Assembly: GCA_025056375.1 (NCBI GenBank)
Contig: JANWWH010000001.1
Location: forward strand, 2,545-66,544
Length of the DNA: 64,000 bases
DNA from: Aquificaceae bacterium
GTDB taxonomy: Bacteria > Aquificota > Aquificia > Aquificales > Aquificaceae
Direction of reading: 5' to 3'
Positions within the stretch are counted from its first letter, which is position 1; each line of letters starts with the position of its first letter. This document shows positions 31,348-38,602 of the stretch, in pieces. The notes under the pieces are model-generated. The model did not search any database. It saw only the letters and a program-made list of their open reading frames with translations, and had not been told where the DNA came from. The translations under genes were made by a program, and so were the position numbers.

Positions 31348-33699
31348 TTACGAAACTTCCCCGTAACCCGGTAGGGGTGCCATCGTGTAGAGCATCTCGT
31401 AGAGGAGAGCTCTTAGGGGCAGTAGGTATTCTTTTAGGTCTCTCTCTAAACGTAGGTAGGTGCCCCTCTCCTTGCTCCAGATGGGCAGCTTGCTGTAAGG
31501 CGTGGCAAAGGATTCGCTCTCATACATAGAAAGGGCTATAAGGGTGAAGATGAAAAGGCTCTTTCTCTCTGCGTAGACCTCCTCCTTTGACCAACCTATC
31601 TTCTCTGTGAAGAAAATCTGAAGGGCTGCGTGGTATATGCTGTCTTCAAAGTCTCTCTTTGCCTCTGCAGGCTTTATGGCTATGGCGGCTACATCCTTCT
31701 CAGCCTTTATGCCAAGCCTTTCCATGAGCCTGTTCATTTCCTGCGTGTATACCACGTAGCAACTTTCCTGTGCCTTGTCTGAAAGATAGGCAGTTTTTAG
31801 CTCGTCGTATTTTATAAAGAGGAGCTTACCCTCTAACTCCGAGGGCGTTCCGAGTCTATCCTCAATGCTGGCAAGGTAGGAGTCCTTAACCGCAGTTATT
31901 AGACAGAACCGCACATTCTTATACGTAAGCCTTTCCCTTATCCACTTCTCAAGGCGAGCCCCGTCTCCACCGTATCCACCCGAAAGAAGTATAAACTTGT
32001 CCTCTACATGCACCGTTGCTTGCTTTCCCTTTATCTTAATGCGGAAGGCTTCGTAAAGACCATGCCTCTCCCCTTCCTCGTTCATACTGCCAAACCTGTA
32101 GAAAAACTTAGGTGAAGGTCTCTCTATGACTGCGTAGACGGTAAGCTCCTCGGGTAGGTGGAAGCCGTCAAACTCAAACCTGAGGGTTTTTATGCCCTTG
32201 TAGAGGCTTATGACCATGTTTTTTATCGTTGCCTCAGGCTTTTCCCCAAGTAGACTTCTGAAAAACCGCTTCGTTATCGTTTGCACTGGCAGTCCGTAGT
32301 ATTCATATATGTGGTTCACCATGGGCCAAAGAGGATACCTACCCTCATCCTCTTTTAGCTCCGTATCAAGCAATAGAAGAATACCCTCTATGGTCTCTTT
32401 ACTTTGGTGAATAAATCTGGCGAGCCTGGCAGAGAAGTAACAAAGACTGTAGAGGAGTTCTTTAGAGTCTCCAGGCTTGTATACATTGCCCTTATCTGGC
32501 TTAACATCACCCTTTAGAAGTTTTAAAAACGCTTCCCTGCCAAAGAGGTCCTCAAACCTGTAAGGGCTTCCGTCTCCTTTTCTTTTGAGGTTTATTGTTA
32601 TGTTTCCTATATACTTCTGGAGGTTTTTGTTATCTTTTAGCGTCCTCTGGAGGAGGTCAAGTAGCTCCTTTAGCCCCAGGCTCCGCCCCCCTTCCTGCAG
32701 TTCAAACTCTCTCTCCGCAAAGACCCAAAGGTTTATCTCCTTGTCGGGCACGCAGAACTCTCCAAATGAAACCCAAACATCCTCTTTTTTAGGATTTCCC
32801 ATAAAAACTGCAAGCACCTTGTCACTTTCACCCTTCACCAGCCTTCTGAGCACCCTTTTCCAGTCTTTCCTGAGGCTTTTGAGCCTCTCTTCAGATAGTG
32901 CCTCATCCAAAAGCATCCTTATGTTTTCAAGACTTTTGCCCTCCTTCTTCAACACATACTCAAGGTCTTTTCTATAGTCCTCCCCCATGTCCTCTAAGAG
33001 CTCGCTCCATAGGTTCTTTTTTGTCTCTTCTTTCCTAAAGTAAAGACTGGCTCTGGAGATCACCACCGCGTTCATAAACCGGTCAAAGTTAATAGGAAAA
33101 AGGTAAAAGACCAGTTTAAAAAAGGGGTATTTGTGGAAGGCGCTGGGCAGTGTTTCTTCAAGGAGCTCCATAACGCCTTTCACTCTCCGCAAGTAGTCTT
33201 TAACCTCTTCGTCTTCCGTAAGAGATAGCCATATGTCTATAAGGTCTCTTCTTGCCCTCCACACCACCTCGCTACTCAAAGGTTCGTCCTCGTAGCCCTT
33301 TAGCCTGACAAACACAAGCCCTGCGGACTTTTCCATGTCAGAAGGAGGAGAAACCCTCAACTCCATCACAGACATCCTGTCCTTGCCCGTTCTCCTGTAA
33401 AAGCAAGTATCTTTTGATTTTTTGTGTTTCCTGAAAGGTCTTATCCACCTAACCACGTCCTCTCTCGGGTAGATAGCTTGACCCTCCGTTTGATGGTTTT
33501 TGTTTTTCAAAAAGCTTTCAAAGCTACTAAAGGCTTCTTGTTCTTTATTTATAATCTTGTGTAGGACACCCGCTAAGTTGTTCAGGTAGTCTTCTTCGTG
33601 GTTGAAAAAGACCCCCGCATACACGAAATCTCCACCTGCATACTCTCCCCTTGCAAAAAGCCCAAGCCTTGGGTCCTTTTCTCTACCCTTTATCTCCAT
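31348..33699 (-). CDS. Highly divergent Argonaute/PIWI-like protein, probably non-catalytic
   Basis: MID-like YYGLPVQTI...KNMVISLYKG (aa 467-502), RNase H-like strand VYAVIE, PIWI-like C-terminus LIALSMYESESFATPYSKLPIW; 783 aa; GGAGGT SD, overlaps the upstream gene. Confidence 0.6.
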   Translation of the reverse strand: MEIKGREKDPRLGLFARGEYAGGDFVYAGVFFNHEEDYLNNLAGVLHKIINKEQEAFSSFESFLKNKNHQTEGQAIYPREDVVRWIRPFRKHKKSKDTCFYRRTGKDRMSVMELRVSPPSDMEKSAGLVFVRLKGYEDEPLSSEVVWRARRDLIDIWLSLTEDEEVKDYLRRVKGVMELLEETLPSAFHKYPFFKLVFYLFPINFDRFMNAVVISRASLYFRKEETKKNLWSELLEDMGEDYRKDLEYVLKKEGKSLENIRMLLDEALSEERLKSLRKDWKRVLRRLVKGESDKVLAVFMGNPKKEDVWVSFGEFCVPDKEINLWVFAEREFELQEGGRSLGLKELLDLLQRTLKDNKNLQKYIGNITINLKRKGDGSPYRFEDLFGREAFLKLLKGDVKPDKGNVYKPGDSKELLYSLCYFSARLARFIHQSKETIEGILLLLDTELKEDEGRYPLWPMVNHIYEYYGLPVQTITKRFFRSLLGEKPEATIKNMVISLYKGIKTLRFEFDGFHLPEELTVYAVIERPSPKFFYRFGSMNEEGERHGLYEAFRIKIKGKQATVHVEDKFILLSGGYGGDGARLEKWIRERLTYKNVRFCLITAVKDSYLASIEDRLGTPSELEGKLLFIKYDELKTAYLSDKAQESCYVVYTQEMNRLMERLGIKAEKDVAAIAIKPAEAKRDFEDSIYHAALQIFFTEKIGWSKEEVYAERKSLFIFTLIALSMYESESFATPYSKLPIWSKERGTYLRLERDLKEYLLPLRALLYEMLYTMAPLPGYGEVS

Positions 33700-36600
33700 C
33701 CTCTACCTCCAGCAGTTCTCTTAAAAATTCTACGGGAAAACGGGCAAAGCGTCCGCTGAGCACTTCCCTGTAAGGATAGTCCTCACCAAGGGGTATGCAG
33801 GCGTATTCCTTCTTGGAAACTTCGTCATTTAAACAGCGCGTCCAGAACTCAAGCTTGCCCCCCATAACCCTTGCACCGCCCCTCCCTACCCTACCACCCA
33901 CCTTAAACCTTATCAAAGGGTCCTCCTTGTAGAGCACCTGCTTTGTAAATACCAGCGAGTATACGGGCAGAAGAATGGGCACTTCATACCCTTCGCGGGG
34001 TGCAACGCTGTTTATAAAGTGTCCAACTTCCTCGGACAGCTCTTCGTTGTGTCCCTTTAGCACTTCCTTCAACTCTCTGTAGAGAATACTGGCTTCTTTT
34101 CTCTTCTCGTTGTCAAAGGTAAGATGGAGCTTTGCCCTCTCAAGGAGGATATAAGGGTGGTAGTAAGTTACCCTTGAGAGGTTTTTTGGTATATCCTCCG
34201 TGTATATGTCCACTGCAGAAAGCAGAACATCTCTTAACCGTCTGAGCTTTTCCTTTATTACCCCATCCTTTTCCATTAATTGTATGTCCTCAAGAAAGGT
34301 AACTACCGCCTCAAGCTGAGAGACCTTGTTTTGAGCGTAGACAGTTTTGTGTTGAGCGGGCACAGGCACCAGCACCCTCCCCTCCTTACTCTTTAAAAAC
34401 TGCTCAACTATGCGCACCACCACCCGGTCAAGGTCAATCTTCTGCTTTAGATATTCCACCTCGTAGATGAGCCTTATGACCTCTCTATCCGCATGCTCAT
34501 GCAAGCTAAGTATGTTGTCTATTACATACTCCGGCACCTCTTCAAAAAGCAGATACACTATATGGAGATGCTTTGGTCTTTTCTCCGTCTTTTCGTCACC
34601 CCTTGCTCTCGAGATAGCTTGGATTACCTCCACCAAGTTGTTTTCCAACCCCCAGTCGGACACCACTATGTATATGTGGTCCAAAGGTTTGTGCTCTCGA
34701 GAAAAGTCAAGCCCACGAGAGACGGAGGAAGTGCCCAATATGATGTCTTCCTTACCCTTGCTTATGTCTTCCTGGCTCTTCCTTGAGCTGGCAGTGGCTA
34801 CCAGCGTGCTAATACCCTGTTCCTTCAGTAGGTGGGATAGATGAGCTATAGCGTCCTTGTCTTGGAGGAAAACAAAAGCGGTGCTTTCATCTCTGTTGGT
34901 AAAGGTCTCTTTTATGTATTCCACCAGCTTGAGGTAGTCTTCTTTCTTTTCAAAGTCTTTCACCCTTAGAAACTTTCTGTAGACCCACAGCTCCTTTGAA
35001 GGGAAGCCGTGCTTTGAGTATATGGAAAGGGGCACATCTCCATAAGAGACCTCCAACTCTGGCAGGAAGTTGCACAGAACCACTGCCTCTGGCACGACCT
35101 CATACTTTTCGTATTCCTGTAGGATACCCTTCAAGAGTTCTGGCGTGTAGCCGTTGGCGTCAAAGAGATAAAGGTTTACCTTGCCACCCTTATTACGGAA
35201 TTTGCGGGCAAGCTCAAAAAGCTCACTTATGGCAAAAATACCATTGCTAAAGCCCAGAAACTCATCGAGGATAAAGTGCAGTGTGTAGTTATCATAGATG
35301 CGAGGGGTAAGGAACTCTTTCATGTGTCTTGTGGTGCTACCCCTACCTGTCTCCACAATAGACTGAAGGGTGGCAAAACCCCATATCTGCTCGTGCTTCT
35401 CCGAGGCTTTTTTTATGCCCTCTACCATCTTCTGAAGTATGCCCTTACGGGTAGAATTAGGCTCAAAGTAGTCTCCCTTGTGAAGCAGGGAGTGAGAGCT
35501 CTTCTTCTCTGGTCTTCCAAGTAGGGCTATGCCATTGCGAGACTCAATCTTTTTCTTTACTGCCTCATACTCTTTCTCCACTATCCTTTTTCTGGTGGCA
35601 AAGTAGAGGACTATGTGCCTTCCGGGCATGTTAAGTATGGCATTTCTCACATTGGAAGTTTTTCCGCTGCCAGCGGACTGAAGGAGGGCAAGGGCTTTGC
35701 AAGTTTGCGACCCTTTTACAAAATCCTCTACCCTTTTCCTTACATCCTCCCTCGCCCCATCTATGTGGTCCACGTCCAGCTTTTTCTTTTCTTTCTGTAT
35801 TTCCTCTATAGTCCTTAAGAGCCTTTCCTTTTCCTTCGTGTATTCTTCTTTAAGTCTTGGACTTCGAACTGGCGAAGGCTCGTCCGCCGCCTTGTAGCTC
35901 CAGCTTCTTGACTTCAGGCTTTTGTAGAGCTCTTTTATGCCTTCTTGATAACCTTTTAGGGCTTCTCTGTTCTCTAGGTTAAACCTCACCCTAAGAGACT
36001 CCTGAAGGGGATAGACGAGTTCAAGGACTACTTCCCTTACTGGGTCTTTTTCTTCTACCAGATAGTCTACAGCGTAGCTAAGGACCTGAAGAAAGCCCTT
36101 TATTTCCACGAAGACGTCCTTGAGCCTGAGCATCTCTTCCTTGGTTTTCATGAGCTTTTCCAGAAACTTTTCCAGAGAGAGTTGACCGAGAGAGAGGTTT
36201 ATGGGGACGCCATAGTTCACAAAGGGTATGTATATGCTCCTAACCTTTTCCTGAGGGACATTTTTGCTAATGGCTATGTCCTTTATCTTGTTGGTGAGCC
36301 CCGATGCCTTAAAGTCCACCACATAGAGAACTTCCTTTTCAAGAAACATAAGGTCTGCGTTCTTCCACACTACCTCCGAGTGCTCCTCGCTCATGCTGAA
36401 CTTCTTTAGAACGACATCCTCGTGCTGAGCCCCATATAAAAGACCTGCGGAGTAACCTAAGAAAAAAGCTACTTTTGTATAGTTCTCCACTGCACCCTCC
36501 GGCGTAGTATCAAATCCGGAGACTCTCAGCTCTGGCGGAAACTCCCCTGAGAGGGAGTAGGGCATCTTCAGCTTTATGCTTTCAAAGAAGCTCTTAACCT

Positions 36601-36763
36601 TCTCTATGTGCTCTTTTAACTTCTCTTCTCTATAATTTTCTTCAAGTTTGGCAAAAATTCCTTCTACAAAACTCTTGTATTGTGCATCTTCCAGTTTGTC
36701 TTTCATAAAACCAAGCTTAAAAGCCCCCTCAAAGACAAAGCCCAGCGCTTGCGTCAGTTCCAT
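33683..36763 (-). CDS. PD-(D/E)XK (RecB-like) nuclease - SF2 helicase fusion
   Basis: NADL...VVDFK (D137, D150, K152) plus QVLSY (Q226, Y230); Walker A AGSGKT (364-369), Walker B ILDEF (498-502), GTSSVSRGLDF, QAISRARG. Confidence 0.8.
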   Translation of the reverse strand: MELTQALGFVFEGAFKLGFMKDKLEDAQYKSFVEGIFAKLEENYREEKLKEHIEKVKSFFESIKLKMPYSLSGEFPPELRVSGFDTTPEGAVENYTKVAFFLGYSAGLLYGAQHEDVVLKKFSMSEEHSEVVWKNADLMFLEKEVLYVVDFKASGLTNKIKDIAISKNVPQEKVRSIYIPFVNYGVPINLSLGQLSLEKFLEKLMKTKEEMLRLKDVFVEIKGFLQVLSYAVDYLVEEKDPVREVVLELVYPLQESLRVRFNLENREALKGYQEGIKELYKSLKSRSWSYKAADEPSPVRSPRLKEEYTKEKERLLRTIEEIQKEKKKLDVDHIDGAREDVRKRVEDFVKGSQTCKALALLQSAGSGKTSNVRNAILNMPGRHIVLYFATRKRIVEKEYEAVKKKIESRNGIALLGRPEKKSSHSLLHKGDYFEPNSTRKGILQKMVEGIKKASEKHEQIWGFATLQSIVETGRGSTTRHMKEFLTPRIYDNYTLHFILDEFLGFSNGIFAISELFELARKFRNKGGKVNLYLFDANGYTPELLKGILQEYEKYEVVPEAVVLCNFLPELEVSYGDVPLSIYSKHGFPSKELWVYRKFLRVKDFEKKEDYLKLVEYIKETFTNRDESTAFVFLQDKDAIAHLSHLLKEQGISTLVATASSRKSQEDISKGKEDIILGTSSVSRGLDFSREHKPLDHIYIVVSDWGLENNLVEVIQAISRARGDEKTEKRPKHLHIVYLLFEEVPEYVIDNILSLHEHADREVIRLIYEVEYLKQKIDLDRVVVRIVEQFLKSKEGRVLVPVPAQHKTVYAQNKVSQLEAVVTFLEDIQLMEKDGVIKEKLRRLRDVLLSAVDIYTEDIPKNLSRVTYYHPYILLERAKLHLTFDNEKRKEASILYRELKEVLKGHNEELSEEVGHFINSVAPREGYEVPILLPVYSLVFTKQVLYKEDPLIRFKVGGRVGRGGARVMGGKLEFWTRCLNDEVSKKEYACIPLGEDYPYREVLSGRFARFPVEFLRELLEVEDGDKG

Positions 36764-36803
36764 CTCTTATAATATATTAACTGCAAAGGGTAGCTTTTTC
36801 TGA

Positions 36804-37619
36804 CTAAAAGTGGGCTTCGCAGACTTGCTCGTATTCTATAAGCTCTCTTATGGTGGGCTTTTCACCGCACAGGGGACAGCCCGGGTCCTTCCTGAGTTTT
36901 ACCTTCCTAAAATCCATGGAAAGGGCATCCATAACCAAAAGTTTGCCTACAAGAAGTTCACCTACGCCGAGCAGGAGCTTCGTAGCCTCCGTTGCCTGAA
37001 TACAGCCCATTATGCCACCTATGGAACCAAGTATGCCAGCCTCCTGACAGGAGGGCACAAGACCGGGCGGAGGGGGTTCAGGGTAGAGACACCTGTAGCA
37101 GGGTGAGCTTTCCTTGTTTCTGAAGTCAAAGACGGAAACCTGACCCTCAAACCTGAGCATGGCAGCGGACACCAAAGGTTTACCGAGGAAGTAACAGGCG
37201 TCGTTTATCAAGAATCTTGTGGGAAAGTTATCGGTCCCATCGAGCACCACATCGTAATCTCTTATTAACTCCATCACATTGGACTTGTTTATCATAGTGT
37301 TGTAAGTTATCACCTTAACGTCGGGGTTCAGCTTCTCCACGGTCAGTCTGGCGGATTCCACCTTGGGCACGCCAACCCTTTCCGTGTTATGGAGGATCTG
37401 CCTCTGGAGGTTAGAAAAGTCCACCACGTCAAAGTCCACGATGCCTATGGTGCCCACGCCAGCCGCCGCAAGGTAGTATATGGAAGGTGAGCCAAGACCA
37501 CCCGCACCCACCACCAGCACCTTGGATTTAAGAAGCTTTTCTTGACCTTTACCGCCTACCTCCGGCAGGATTATGTGCCTCGCATACCTCTTTATTTGCT
37601 CCTCTGTAAACTGGAACAT
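36804..37619 (-). CDS. moeB: MoeB/ThiF family adenylyltransferase
   Basis: RYARHIIL, GAGGLG, SNLQRQ, CYRC and CPLC zinc motifs. Confidence 0.92.
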   Translation of the reverse strand: MFQFTEEQIKRYARHIILPEVGGKGQEKLLKSKVLVVGAGGLGSPSIYYLAAAGVGTIGIVDFDVVDFSNLQRQILHNTERVGVPKVESARLTVEKLNPDVKVITYNTMINKSNVMELIRDYDVVLDGTDNFPTRFLINDACYFLGKPLVSAAMLRFEGQVSVFDFRNKESSPCYRCLYPEPPPPGLVPSCQEAGILGSIGGIMGCIQATEATKLLLGVGELLVGKLLVMDALSMDFRKVKLRKDPGCPLCGEKPTIRELIEYEQVCEAHF

Positions 37620-37709
37620 GGTTTACAAATTATACCGCAGGTTGGTTCTTAGCAACCGTTCTAAGTCTGAGGACTATACATCCGCGGGTTTCGTGCTATA
37701 TTTAAATCT

Positions 37710-37723
37710 CTGATGTATATCAT
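37710..37723. promoter_or_regulatory. FNR/CRP-like palindrome just downstream of an extended -10 box
   Basis: CTGAT-GTAT-ATCAT versus consensus TTGAT-N4-ATCAA; TGcTATATT at 37694-37702. Confidence 0.4.
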
Positions 37724-37737
37724 ACCGGAGGTGTTTT

Positions 37738-38499
37738 ATGAAAAATGTGATTTTTAACACGCCAGACCACAAGGTGGTGTTTTTTGAAGAGCTCACGCCT
37801 GCAAGTGCGGTTCAGTCCAATCAGGTGCTGATTATCCACAAGGGTGAAGGTATGCTCCTTGACCCGGGTGGTCACAAGGTTTTTTCCAAGCTTCTCTCTG
37901 ACCTATCTCTCTACATTCCACCGAATCAGATAAAATACATCTTCCTTTCTCATCAGGACCCAGACATAGTCGCTTCTATCAACGGCTGGCTTATGACAAC
38001 CAAGGCGGTAGCCTATGTTTCCAAGCTATGGATGCGTTTTCTGCCCCACTTCGGGTTGGATTCTCAGCTGGAGGACAGGGTTTTTCCTATAGATGACGGC
38101 GGAACGGTGCTTACCCTCGGGGGGGATTGCAAGCTTTACATCCTGCCTGCGCACTTCTTGCATTCAGAGGGCAACTTTCAGGTCTACGACCCCTGCTCCA
38201 AGATACTCTTTTCTGGAGACCTCGGGGCTTCTCTGGGTCAGGACTACTTTGTAGTGGAAGACTTTGATGCCCACATCAAGTATATGGAAGGCTTCCACAA
38301 AAGGTATATGGTGAGCAACAAGATACTGCGCTTCTGGGCTAACATGGTCAAACAGCTGGATATAGAGATGATAGTGCCACAGCACGGTGCCATATTCAAG
38401 GGTAAGGACATGGTGAACCGCTTTATTAACTGGTTGGAGAACTTAGAGGTGGGCGTTGACATACTAACGCAAGATAGATACAAGGTTCCTACGGCTTAA
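37738..38499 (+). CDS. Oxygen-binding di-iron protein (ODP), metallo-beta-lactamase fold
   Basis: LLDPGG, SHQDPD, AHFLHSEGN, LFSGD, PQHG. Confidence 0.8.
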   Translation: MKNVIFNTPDHKVVFFEELTPASAVQSNQVLIIHKGEGMLLDPGGHKVFSKLLSDLSLYIPPNQIKYIFLSHQDPDIVASINGWLMTTKAVAYVSKLWMRFLPHFGLDSQLEDRVFPIDDGGTVLTLGGDCKLYILPAHFLHSEGNFQVYDPCSKILFSGDLGASLGQDYFVVEDFDAHIKYMEGFHKRYMVSNKILRFWANMVKQLDIEMIVPQHGAIFKGKDMVNRFINWLENLEVGVDILTQDRYKVPTA

Positions 38500-38565
38500 A
38501 AAGACCACCTCCGCGGGGTTTAGGAACTCTAACTCTCCAGCCTCGTTTTTCAAGGACCTGAGGGT

Positions 38566-38594
38566 TTGACTTTTTTTGCCCCTTTCTCTATTTT
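38566..38594 (+). promoter_or_regulatory. sigma70 promoter of dnaE
   Basis: TTGACT-17 nt-TATTTT. Confidence 0.6.
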
Positions 38595-38602
38595 AGATGG
38601 GA

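Noticed and set aside
31348-33699. Orthologue of the catalytically competent long-A Argonaute known from Aquifex
   Set aside because: No clear GxD...RDG catalytic motifs and no recognisable PAZ pattern; the operon context points to an effector-dependent inactive type. A structure search is needed to exclude it fully.
36804-37619. moeB as a third (E1-like) component of the nuclease-helicase/PIWI system
   Set aside because: It is a canonical stand-alone MoeB/ThiF with both zinc motifs, no E2 or JAB partner nearby, and its own promoter-like region. Adjacency is most simply the insertion site.
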